Assembly: GCA_028534125.1 (NCBI GenBank)
Contig: CM052817.1
Location: forward strand, 48,486,001-48,550,000
DNA from: Lama glama
Taxonomy: Eukaryota
DNA: 64,000 nucleotides
Direction: 5' to 3'
Shown here: one piece after another, positions 49,776 to 61,648 of the stretch
Position numbering within the stretch: the first letter of the stretch is position 1
How the letters are laid out: every line of letters starts with the position of its first letter
The notes under the pieces: generated by a model
Database searches by the model: none
Told to the model about the DNA's origin: nothing
The model's input: the letters and a program-made list of their open reading frames with translations, nothing else
Position numbers and translations under genes: made by a program

Positions 49776-51635
49776 TAAACAAATGAAAGAAAGTCAAACA
49801 GAAATCAAGGTAACCTGACAATTAGGCATAAGAGCTCAAAGGAATTTATTGCTCATTATTATTTACTTAATGCAAAAGTTAAATGATTACTTAATGCTTA
49901 TTATTATCAATATTTTTGTGCTGAGTAGTATATGAGAGAATGGTCGTTACAAACAATTTTGTTTCCTAGTTAGTACTAAATTAAACTGAATAGACTTAGT
50001 AGTTAAGTATTTTTTCATCCATTTTGCAATGTTGGCTACTAATAATTAATACTAAATCGTTAGCTTGATTTGTCACAGAATAAGAAATTCTCTGTTTAAT
50101 CAATTTGTTACTTGTCTTGAATTGTAGTCAAGTATAAAATGATTTTCTGGAACTAATATATGCTTTTTAAAAGGGCTGCAATGACCAGAAGCGAATGTGG
50201 AGAGACTTCTAAGGGGCAGGGAAAGTTCTGTTTTTGATATAGTGTTAGTTGTGTCAAATTGGTGACTGTGTGAAAATTCACTTGAGCTGAATATTTATGT
50301 AATCTTTTCTGTATACTTTATACTTTTAAGTATAAAAAGCTAAACGAAGTTTTCTTGTATAGACCAGAGAATGATTTTAAAATGCATGACTTTCACAATG
50401 TTGTTATACTTTTTCTATATTAAAATAATTAAAATGTCAAATTTTCACAATGTTAACATCTAACACTATTTTTCTAAAACTTCATTCATTCATTCATTCA
50501 TTTTCTTCACTAAATACTAAAATAAACATCTACTGGGTATTAGACACTGTATTTAACGCTGGGAATCCAGAGATAAAAGACCTAGCCTCTGACATTAAAG
50601 TGCTTACTACTTATCAAACTTGATAATACGGACATCTGGAGAACAAAACAGGGCAGCTTACAGAGAATACTTGAAATTTCAGGATAAACATTCTCATCTT
50701 CAACAAAGATTAATTTTATTCCAGGACAAGTAAATTAAAAGGCTTTTATGTTAAACTAAATACAACCATTCTATGGAATCAAATGTAAATTTATATATAG
50801 ATATATATTTTTAAGGCTAAATTAGTAGATATGATATTAATGTAGGATTTCAGGCAAGCTGTAAGTCCACCACAACCTTCTCTGCCATTGGATATATTCC
50901 GTGGAAAGTTCAAGAAATAACTATCAACATGGCTATTATTTAGCATTGTACTGAGGGTGAGAGACCAATGCAATTAGAGAAGGTAAAGAAATTGGAGACA
51001 TATAAACTGTGAGTGGGTCATATATTACTGCTCTCATACAATCTATTTTACACCCAGAAAATCAAACAAAATAAACTAAAATTTTTACAAAAATGTAATT
51101 CATAGAGATAGCAGAGTAAAATCAATACATAGAAACCACTAGATGCCATACATACAGGATGAGACTTTTGAGTTTGTCATTTAAAGGACAAAGAGAAACT
51201 GGGCAAGGCAGGCACAGGAGTAGAGCTGTGGTGGGAGTAGGGTGGACGGACGGCTTGAGCAGAGGCACAGAATGTGAAAGGACATGGCGTACAGAAGCAA
51301 ATAAAACTGACAGATGCCAGGAGTTTATGAGCATTCAAGTAATAGCTGTGAGATGAGATAAGCGAAGTAATTAAGGGAGAGATTACTAAGGACCTTGTTT
51401 GGGGAATACGGATTTTACCTGAAAGTCAGTGCAGATTTTGATGTGAGGTGTAATGTCACAGATTTGAATTTTAGAGGAGCCATTCCAGCAGCTTTGAGGA
51501 AGATGAAGCAGAAGGGAGTAAGAACTGAAAGCCAAGGAGCAAATAAGGGTCTACTGTAAAAGTTAAGGAGGGAAATTATAATATGGGACAGAACTAAAGC
51601 ATTGAGTGCTGTGTGGAGAAGAGGGAGCTAGCTTC

Positions 51636-51840
51636 CTTTTTTTTTCTTCAATTTTTAAAAAAATGTTCAGATTTTAAAACAAATTCTTTAATTTGTATAT
51701 TTTAATTTTGGGGGTTTATTTTAGGGAGGAAGTAAGTAGGAATTCATTTATATACTTATAATGGAGGCACTGGGGATTGAACCCAGGTCGTTGTGGATGC
51801 TAGGATATACTCTACCACTGAGCTGTACCCTCCCAACCGC
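51636..51840 (-). mobile_element. tRNA-derived SINE (Vic-1-like) with TSD, inserted in an L2-like relic
   Basis: tggaggcactggggattgaacccagg...ctctaccactgagctgtaccctccc; flanks GGGAGCTAGCTTC (51623-51635) / GGGAGTTAGCCTTC (51841-51854). Confidence 0.8.
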
Positions 51841-53414
51841 GGGAGTTAGCCTTCAGCAATGTTGTAGGGGCAGAATGTCACGATTTCAGGACTCAGTGAT
51901 CACCTGGATTGAGGGAAGAAGGAGAAAGAATAGAGAGCAACTTCTGTGTTTCTAGTTTGGGTGATTATTTGATTATCTCTACATTTGGCCAGTGGTGCAA
52001 ATCACCTTGGTGGGAAACATAGCAGAAGCAGTGGACTAAAGAAACCATGTGGAAATGACTGTAGTTACAATAATAAACTATACTGGTTTTCAAACCAAAG
52101 TTCTCTCAAGGGAGTATGGGTCTTCATCATAACTCTTCAAGGCTGCTTATTTCATATGAGGAAATTTTAATAAACTTTACAGAGTCATGTGACTCATTTA
52201 GTTAACAGTGATGAGAAAAGCAGACCCAAAGTCATACAGCTAAGAGTGACAGTGAGGCAAACTGTTCTGCAAACCAGTCATCTCACCAAGACTCTATTTT
52301 AATCTCTTTATAGTGTGACAACTAACATTCATACAGAGAAACATTGAAATGTTTAATGAATAACTGAAAGAAAATTAAGGTATATTTAACATTATATTAA
52401 GATTTAGTATGTTACATTGTACCCAATTCTTGGTAAAGTGGGAATAATTCATACATAGCACAACAGTAGTTACTCTTCAGTTTCCCGGTTCTTTGACAGA
52501 TCAAAACTTTTAAATGAGAAACGAAAATAGCTGTCACACACAAATTTCCCAGTGATACCTAAAAGTATTAATATGAGATTAAAAATGACAAATTAACAGA
52601 AAGATACTGAAAGGAAAGCTTACTCGATGTTCAGAATGTCTGAAGACCAATAATTCCGAAATAAATCTATTTTGAACTTTGGCCATAATATTTCTTAGCA
52701 TATAAAATTGGGCATAAAATAAGTTATCTGTGATAGTGAAAGAAATTACTCAAAGTACTAAAAAGATCTTATAATAAAACACCATTTAACTAGTCTGGTG
52801 ACACTCATTTATACAAGAGAATTATGAAGTTTTACTAAATCCTCCCTTAAAAATAATCAATAGAGTCTTAGGACCTTTAGAGTATTTATATATCTGTATC
52901 ATTATCTATCTACTAATGACACTTCAGATATAATTTTGCACTCAAGAGTAATAAAGAGGAAATTCACTTAAGTAACATTTTCTTTGGGTTAAAATCCAAA
53001 GGAGTTGGTCAAAAAATTTAACCACAAATTTACTCATCCTTATTGCTACCTTTTCTTAGTAACAGCAGAATCAACGATGCACTTTGCAAAAAATAAGCCT
53101 TTACATCAGGAAGATTATATCCACCCACTATTCTTAATCTGCTTAATATTAATCATCTGGATTAACATATTATATGACACCAGGCAAGGAATCTCACTTC
53201 TTTGGGGCCTCAATTTCCTTACCTTTAAAATGAAGAGTTAAACTTGTTCAGTATCTCTTTTATCTGATAGAGACAAATACACCCATATCAATCATAATGA
53301 CTAATCACAGCATGACTTCTCAAGGGAGGGACACATTAATATTCCCGGAATGAGGAGTAACAACATGGTTTGGAAAAATCCCACAAGTCACTCTGATACC
53401 AAATGAACAAGATC

Positions 53415-53579
53415 CTTGCCACTCCAAGTGTGGTCCTGCCTGGAATATCAACGTTGCCATCACCTGGAAGCCTTTAGAAACAGGAAACCCTGGGCTCCAA
53501 TGATATTACTGCATCAGGTTCTGCACTTCAACCAGAATCTAAAGCAATCTGTATGTGCACTGAAGTTTGAGAAGCACTG
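53415..53579. mobile_element. MER5A-like hAT DNA transposon relic
   Basis: ctccaagtgtggtcc...catcacctggaagcctttagaaa...ctgcacttcaacc...gcactgaagtttgagaagcactg. Confidence 0.7.
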
Positions 53580-53689
53580 ATCTAGATGACTCTCCTAACT
53601 CTAGCCTATAATAATTCCATGATTTCACAGATGGCTTCCTCAAGGGCAGCCAATAATTACACTTATCAGTAGAAAGCTCCCAGGATGAA

Positions 53690-54659
53690 GAATAATAAAG
53701 ATTAGAGCAGAAATCAATAGCAAATAAAACTGAGAAAAATCAATGAAATCCAAAGTTGGCTCTTTGAAAAGATCAACAATATTGATAACCATTTAGTTAG
53801 AACTGACCAACCAAAAAAGAGAGAAGATTCAAATTACTAAAATTAGGAACAGAAAGGAGACACTACTACTGATCTCACAGAAACAAGGATTATAAGGGAA
53901 TACCATGGGCAACTATATGCTAACATATTAGACAACCTAGATGAAAAGGACAATTTCTAAAAAAGATAAACTACCAAACTGACTCAAGAAGAAATAGAAA
54001 ATCTGAACAGATCTCTAAAAGGTAAAGATATTAAATTCATAATAAAAAAATCCCACAAAGAAGAGGCCAGGACCAGATGGCTTCACTATTGAAATTTACC
54101 AAACATTGAAAAAATTAATACCAATCTTTCACAAACAAGTCTGAACAATAAAAGAAGAGGAAACACTTTCCAACACATTCTATGAAACCATTACTTTGAG
54201 GCCAATATCAAAGGCACCACAAATAAAACTACAGATCAATATTTTTTATAAATACAGATGCAAAGTCCTCAACAAAATACCTGCAAACCAACTCCAGCAA
54301 CATATAGAAAGGATTATACAATATGACCAAATTTTTTTTGGATGACACCAAAAGCACAAACAACAATAGAAAAAAAAGATAAACTGTACTTCACAAAAGT
54401 TAAAAACATTTGCACTTCAAAGGATACCATCAAGAGTGAAAAGACAACCCACAGAATGGGAGAAAAAAATGCAAATCAGATCCAGTATCCAGAACAGATA
54501 AAGAACTCTTATAATTCACCAATGAAAGAGAAACAACTCAGAAAAAAAGAATGGGCAAAGGATTCAAACAGACATTTCTCCAGAGAAGAAGAAATACAAA
54601 TGACTAATAAGTACATGAAAAAATGCTCATGAGGAAAATGCAAATCAAAACCATAATGA
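53690..54659 (+). mobile_element. Old LINE-1 ORF2 fragment with internal deletion (host of the U6 chimera)
   Basis: aataataaagattagagcagaaatcaat...aaactgactcaagaagaaatagaaaatctgaacaga...; jumps at about 54335 to MTPKAQTTIEKKDKLYFTKVKNICTSKDTIK. Confidence 0.85.
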
Positions 54660-54762
54660 GTACTCTCTTTGACAGCACATATACTAAAACTGGAAAGATA
54701 GAGAAGATTAGCATGGCCCCTGCGCAAGGATGATATGCAAATACATGAAACATTCCATATTT
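54660..54762 (+). pseudogene. RNU6 (pseudogene): Full-length U6 snRNA retropseudogene (5' part of a U6-L1 chimera)
   Basis: GTACTCTCTTTGACAGCACATATACTAAAACTGGAAAGATAGAGAAGATTAGCATGGCCCCTGCGCAAGGATGATATGCAAATACATGAAACATTCCATATTT aligns end-to-end to U6; CpG decay; a 2-nt deletion breaks the ACAGAGA box. Confidence 0.93.
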
Positions 54763-55690
54763 CTAAAGCAAAAATAAACAAGTGAGACCCAATTAAACTC
54801 ATAAGCTTTTGCACAGCAAAGGAAACCATAAATAAAAAGACAAACTACAGAATGGAAAATATTTGCAAATGATGTGACTGACAAGGGCGTAGTTTCCAGA
54901 ATATATAAACAGCTCATACAACTTAATAACAAAAAACCAAATAATCCAAAAATGGGCAGAAAACCTAAACAAGCAATTCTCCAATTAAGACATACAAATG
55001 GCCAATAGGCACATGGAAAAATGCTCAACATCACCACTTATCAGAGAAATGCAAATCAAAACTACAGTGAGGTATCACTTCACACCAGTCACAATGGCCA
55101 TCATTAAAAAGTCCACAAACCACAAATGCTGGAAAGGCTGTGGAGAAAAGGGAACCCTCCTACACTGTTGGTGGGAACGTAATTTGGTATAGCCATTATG
55201 GAAAACAGTATGGAGATTCCTCAAAAAACTAAAAATAGACTTACCATATGATCCAAATGTCCATCAACTGATAGATAAAGAAAATGTAGTATGTTCAATG
55301 GACAATTACTTAGCAATAAAAAAGAAATAAAGTACTGATACATGCCACAACATGGATGGACCTTGAAAAGATTATGCCGAGTGAAAGAAGCCAGACACAA
55401 AAGGCACCAGAGTTAATGATTCTGTTTATATGAAATGTCCAGAATAGGCAAACCTATAAAACAGATAATAGATTAGTAGTTGTAAGGAACTAGGAGGAAT
55501 GGGGAATAGGGAGTGAATACTAACAGGTATAGTTTCTTTATAGGGTGATGAAAATATTCTGGGATTAGATAGTGGTGATGAGTGTACAACTTTGTGAATA
55601 TACTAACAACCGTTGAATTGTACAGTTTAAAGTGGTGACCCCTACAGTATGTGAATTATATCTCAGTAATGCTATTAATAAGAAAAAAAA
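54763..55690 (+). mobile_element. LINE-1 ORF2 3' region fused to U6, continuing after a deletion at about 55255 into an L1MB-type 3' UTR and A tail
   Basis: Begins KAKINK*DPIKLISFCTAKETI; ORF 54998..55192 is the ORF2 C-terminus; 3' UTR tgaaatgtccagaataggcaaa...ttagatagtggtgatg...gtgaattatatctca. Confidence 0.85.
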
Positions 55691-55833
55691 CCCTAGAAAC
55701 TTAAAAGAGACACAATAAAATATCTCGTATGGATCCTAATAAAAAAAAAACCTGACAAGCAGACTTTGAAAATGGGCTGAATATTACTTACTGTTAGGAA
55801 ATTATTAATAATTAATTTTGTTAGGTGTGGTAC

Positions 55834-56433
55834 TGTCAGAGCAGGCAGATAGCTAGATATGAGCAGAGAAAGGGGGGCACAGACCAAATGGCAGGAATTG
55901 GGCAGAAAGGAGGGGCACAAGCCAGATGCAGGAAACCACACATCATGTAAGCAGCAGGGATCCCTGGGCAGAGAAAGAAAAGCAGGAGCCTTGGGGCTGA
56001 TAAGGGATCATGTCCTTTGGGATGACAAGTGGCCTGGAGAAGAACAAAGAAAGGTGAGAAAAGGCAGGAATTTCTAGTGTCCGAATGTAACCTTCTGCTC
56101 ATTATGCTCTCATTTCAATAAAATTAGCCTTGCAGATCAGAAGTACCCATCAGGCACCGACACCATGACACTTCTGATCCAGACTAAATAAGGACAAAAA
56201 TCCCTCCTCCCCAGTGAATATTCTGCCCATTCATTTTTACACCTTATGTAACTAACTTGCCAAAGAAACTCAGGGCAGCCGCTCACCCGAGCCTGCCCGC
56301 TCTCCCCTGAGAGTGTACTATCCATCCTTTAATAAAGCCTCACTTAACCTTTTTTTAACCTCTAAGTCTTATCTCTGAATTCTTTCTGGGAGGGGACAAG
56401 AACCTGGAACGCTGGTTGCATCTATTGGCAACA
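55834..56433 (+). mobile_element. Solo LTR (ERV1-class by its 4-bp TSD), 600 bp
   Basis: gtac|TGTCAGAG...GGCAACA|gtac; TG...CA termini; AATAAA at 56331; interrupts an L1ME-type fragment. Confidence 0.85.
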
Positions 56434-56554
56434 GTACTGAAGTATTTACAGGTGATAAAACATGATGCTTGGAGTTTGCTTTAAACTAAAAAAGCTTATT
56501 TGGTTATTAACGTTCCAAAATCATTCTTCCATATACTTTTACTCATTCTTGGCT

Positions 56555-57455
56555 AGGGATTGTGAAATAGTAAGAAATAAATCTACCTACCTACCTACCT
56601 ACCTACTTATTTCAGCCCCTGGTTCCTAACACAGAGGTCCTAAAACCCTAGTAATTTCCCAAGTGATAAGAGCTACAGGGGTATCTTCTGTTATATTTGG
56701 TTTCTGTTTCTAGGTCCTGAGTTTACCAGAGTTAAAGGTAAAAGGAGCATATTTGTTATTCATAAGTCCCATTCAATCAGTGTTTTTGCTAATAAGGTGA
56801 CTTTTAGAAAGCCCCTAAGGATGTGGAAGCTGGTTGCCAGGGGAACCAGTGGCATGATAAGAGGGTTGGAACTTTGAGCCACCCCCTTCCACCTCCAAAT
56901 CCAGATAGGGGAGGGGGGCTGGAGATAGAGCTCAACCATCAAAGACCATGATTTAATCAATGTAGCCTACATAATGAGGCCTCCATAGAAACCCGAGTGG
57001 AAAGGGTTCAGAGAGCTGGTTAGTGAACACATCCAGGTAGCTGGGAGGGTGATGTTCCCTGAGAGGGTATGTGGGTTCCATGCTCCTTCCCACATACTTT
57101 GTCCTATGCATCTCTTCCATCTGGCTGTTTTTGAGTTGTGTTCTTTTATAATACACCTGTAATCTAGCAAGTAAACTCTTTCCCTGAGTTCTGTGAGCCT
57201 TTGTAGCAAATTATCAAACCTGAGGAGGGGCTCATGGAAACCTCCAATTTATAGCTGGTTGGTCAGAAGCACAGATGACAACCTGGACTTGTGATTGGCT
57301 TCTAAAGTGAGGGGGCGTCTGGTGGAGTCTGTGTTAACTCCAGATAGCGTCAAAATTGAATTGCTGTTGGAGAATTAGTGGGTGTGGGAAAACACCCCAC
57401 ACACTCAGTGTCAGAGAGCACTGTGAATAACAGAGGGAAAAACTGTTTTTCCTTT
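56555..57455. mobile_element. MER21-family LTR (contains a (CTAC)n run at 56583-56606)
   Basis: cccctggttcctaacacagaggtcctaaaaccc, ttccctgagttctgtgagcc...agcaaattatcaaacctgaggagggg, ggtcagaagcacagatgacaacctggacttg. Confidence 0.75.
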
Positions 57456-57884
57456 AGGTATCCACTTCTCTAATCTTTAAAAGATGTCCATTTATATTCC
57501 AAACTTGTCCAAGAGTTCTCTATGAAACCACACTGACTTCTTCACTGCACTCCCATATCACAAAATAATCAACTTTAGGAGTTTCCTAAACTCCTTCAAG
57601 CACCTTTACCTGAAGAATTCCACACACAGAAGAATACCTAGAAGATTTCTGGGAACATCTAGAAGGACAGTAGTCAGTCGCCTTTGTTTTGATGCAACAT
57701 AAAAATTTTAGGTGTTAAGTATAAACCCAAGAGTTCCTTGCTCTGCTCAACTTATTCCATAGAAATAATTAAAATGTTAGGGGGCAACACTGTGATCTGA
57801 TCTAGAAGAGTTAGAGCTGCCTCTCTCATATTCCCTGAGTGATACTGGGGAAATTTCTAATCTCTTTACATCTAACCTATAAAA

Positions 57885-58318
57885 TATTGAGAGAGACAAT
57901 CCTCCTTGGACTTCCTGCTCTACATTTCTTTATGGGTTGTACCAAGAATGCAAGGCCCTGAATGCTCTTTTATCCAGGCCATTTCTCAGGGTTGTGTATG
58001 TAACTGATTATCAGGAGAGATGAGACTTGCCTACTGCTTCCTGTAAAAGCAACAGATACCCCACACTCAATGTTCCTCAGCTGCAACACAGAACCACCAC
58101 ATGCACAGCATCTTCCTGAGCCATACAGTGTCTCCTGGGTGCAACTCTGGTGCAAGAGGAACTGACACAAAAGTGTTGATGTTCAGTCTGCTTGTAGTGT
58201 TATGAGTAACAAGGTTTTTTGTCTCTAAGTGAAACGGAGTCATGTCTTTACCCGCATCCAAGAAACAGTAACAGGCTCATTTTTTAGCTTGCAAGTAGGG
58301 TAAACCCCAACCTTGACA
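57885..58318 (+). mobile_element. LTR40-family (ERVL) solo LTR relic
   Basis: Starts gagacaatcctcc; ends gcatcca-gaaac...caggct...ttagcttgcaagtagggtaaa...cttgaCA. Confidence 0.7.
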
Positions 58319-59599
58319 AAAAACAAAAACAACAACAACAACAACAAAACTAAATAGGAATAAACTCTTCCTTAGTTTAATTCCCTAGAACACTGTACAT
58401 TTATACTTCAAATGAGACAACACCAAAAGTAATAAAGATAAAAGCACGCTAAATTCCAGTGTAAGATTTGAGGCAGACCCTAAATATGAAATCACAGAAA
58501 ACATGGAAGAAAGTATTCCAAGGGGTGGGAGTGGTTGTGTGAAATGAGGTGAAGGAAATAATGGAGTGGGGAGTTCTTCCTAAGGAGAACTGGAAAACAC
58601 AGGAAGGGCAGAATCAAGTGACAGGTCTCTAAAACCAGACCTGCATATCCAGGAAGCAGGCAATGGGAACCTTTGCAGGTTTTCAGCAGGCAAGTCCTAA
58701 GACTACAGCTTTGCTTGAGGGTGATTAGTCTGAAAGGATTATGCAAAGGGAATTTGAAGAATTTGGTGGAGAGGATCAAAATGGCTTGCCCCGAAGAACT
58801 GTACCTGTTAAGGAAACAGAGGCGTCAAGAATAACCTAAAGTTTTTGCCCTGTGAGACTAGAATACTGTGCTGAAAATGGAAATTAAACAACAACAAAAA
58901 CAACAACTGAATAATTGTTTTGGAGGTAAGGGACAAAATCTGCTTCGTTTTGGATACAGTAAATGATACGTGGAAGCAGTCTCAACATAATTTTCAACAC
59001 ATAGTTGTACATACAAATTAAAGTTTGGGGTTGGATAGTCACTAGCATAAGGATAACAGCAGCAATTATTATAAATAAGATGTTTTCATCAGAGGAGATG
59101 GTTTAAAGAGAAACAGAAGGATGCAGGGTCACTGGCGGAGACTTTAAAAGGTGTTAACAATTACAGGCTGGGAACAGAACCCAACATACTGGCACTGCGG
59201 GAAGAACTCTCTTGCTTCTATCTCGGTAGCTAGAGCTAAAATGGACATACACCAGAGAGGCAGCACAGGATCCTGGACTAGCTTTCACACTGAAGGTCAC
59301 GACCCCTTAGTGGAGTATAAAATCGATCTAGTATGTCCCATATAGTAAGGTCAGGCATTGTTTCATGAAGCCCTTGTTCTAGATGTTTACAAATCAATGA
59401 TGTGTGTATGGAGTTTTGGTGAAAAAATATGTTTACAGTGGGTCTCTAGTCAACTAGGTTTGAACTTTGGTTTAGTGATTAAGAGCACAAGCCTTGGAGC
59501 TGGCTCACTGGAGTTTGAACTCTACTTGAATTCTTCCCCTAGCTGTAACCCTAGGCAAGTTTCTTCTCTCTTTTCTTTCTTTCTCTCTCTCTTTTTTAA

Positions 59600-60010
59600 C
59601 TTCTTAATTTGAGATAATTGTAGATTCACATGCAGGTGTAAGAAACAATAGCGAGATATCGTGTACCCTTAACCTAATTCCCCCAAAGGTAACATCTTAC
59701 AAAACCAGAGTAACTTATTACAACCAGGAAACCTACACTGAATTACAGCATTGAATTATATCACCCTCATTTTGATCTTTTACAGCCACAGGCACTTCCC
59801 TTCTGCCTCCTACCCCCTTATAATCCACAACAGCTACTAATCTGTTTTCCATTTCTAAAGTGTTGTCATTTCAAGAATGTTATATAAATGGAAATTATAC
59901 AGCATGTAACTTTAAAGAAAAAAATTTTTTTCTACTCAGCATAATTCTTGAGAGATCCATCCAGGTCATCAATAGTTTGTTCCTTTTTATTGCTGAGTAG
60001 TATTCCACTG
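59600..60010 (-). mobile_element. LINE-1 (L1MB-like) 3' UTR fragment inside a MIR
   Basis: tttgagataattgtagattcacatgcaggtgtaagaaacaata...ttgtcatttcaagaatgttatataaatggaa. Confidence 0.7.
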
Positions 60011-61605
60011 GGATGGAACTCTGTAGGCCTTACTTTCTTCAGCCATAAGATTTGATAAGGGTTTTGAAGATTAAACAAGTTCATGTATATTAAATATTTG
60101 GAAATGCTTGGGGCATACTAATAAACAATTGTTAACTATTAAAATTATTATGGCCCTCCACAAATAAGTTTAATAATTTTCTTTAATTAAATATAGCCTT
60201 TCATTGAATGTCTATGTGACACCATGCTAGATGCTAAGAAAATCATTGATATGTTCCTTCCAGTTTTCAAGATGGCAGATAACAAGTCTTAACTCACAAA
60301 ATATATCAAGGAACCAGTAAGCAATCTTGATCAGGTAATATTTCACACAGGTATATTATTTTCCTAATTCAAGTAATGTCCCAGGCACTCCAATCTCAGA
60401 GAGATAGGTAGTAATCTGGGCAACTGCAAATTCATAGAATCTGTTTAAAAGGTTTATAAATGAGTACAGAAAGGAATTCAATATTTTTTGAGAAACTAAA
60501 GATAGCAAACCACGTGCTTTTTATTATTTCATTACTCTTCGTAATTTTCTAACGAGTTTCAAAACTTTTAGATTCAAATTAATAGCATATAATGAGTGAG
60601 ATGCAAGATAACTGATCAATGTTGTGAGTATGATACAATTCCACCCTAAGAAGACATTTCATTTTCTACTAGACAGGTGTTATAGACACACTGAATGTAA
60701 AACCAACCATCACTGTAAGAAATCAGTTCACCAGAAAAACCCCAATCTTGCCAAAATTGAAACAAAATGAAACAAAAACCAAACCCCAAAGCTAACAGTT
60801 CAAATCCGTGACCTCCTAGAGTTTATTATCTTAAAAAAAGCAGTCTTTCAGGAGGCTGGAACTCAGTGTTAAAAAGCCAACTCTTATGACACATCCATAA
60901 CAACAGATAAGAAACAGAGTTAAAACAGCTCAGCAGTGATGGTCTCCTGAAGATCTGAGCCTATATTTATTATCAGCTTTCTCTGGGTCTGACTGCAGGT
61001 TCTTCCCATGACCCTGGGCTGCTATGCGTGTTATGTGTGGGTAACACTCCATAACTCATGTTCATTCTTGTTACAAGTACTCATTTACAAAAACTCTAAC
61101 TTATATAAACACTAAAATTCTAGAATTTCATATAACTGAAACAAGACAAAAGATGTAGAAAACTATATTTAAAAAGACAAGGATGAAATGACTCAAAAAA
61201 AAAGTTAACAAGTAAAGCCATTTTCTTTCCCCCATTCTGATTTTCTTTATTTTAAGCTATACTCCAGAAAGACATTTCTGTAAATAGGTTCTTGGCTAAC
61301 CATTTGACTGGTAATCTACTAAGACATCAAAGTAATACAATTCATATCTTCTGAGTTTTTCCCTTTCTGATTTCATCTATGATAATCATTCATAAAAATT
61401 CCAGCAAAAAGAAAATGAAAAAGAGGAGGCTGACTCTCACAGCAGGCTTGATTCTTACAGTAGTACCTTGTATTAAAGAAATGGAAGCTTACCAGGGGTA
61501 AGTCATACGGAAAAAAATCTCCAAGAAGGGCACAGATTTGTTGGCTTTTATGTAGCTTTTTTCTTTATAACTAGTCTGTTAAAGGAATCAAAACACTGGT
61601 ACCTG

Positions 61606-61607
<2 letters not shown>

Positions 61608-61646
<39 letters not shown>
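61608..61646. repeat. (TAA)13 microsatellite
   Basis: Directly visible in the sequence. Confidence 0.9.

Positions 61647-61648
<2 letters not shown>

Noticed and set aside
54660..54762. Functional U6 snRNA gene
   Set aside because: ACAGAGA box disrupted, CpG decay, upstream is L1 rather than a PSE/TATA promoter, and the 3' end is fused to L1.
56760..57209. Three overlapping minus-strand ORFs
   Set aside because: They lie within the MER21-like LTR and are non-coding.
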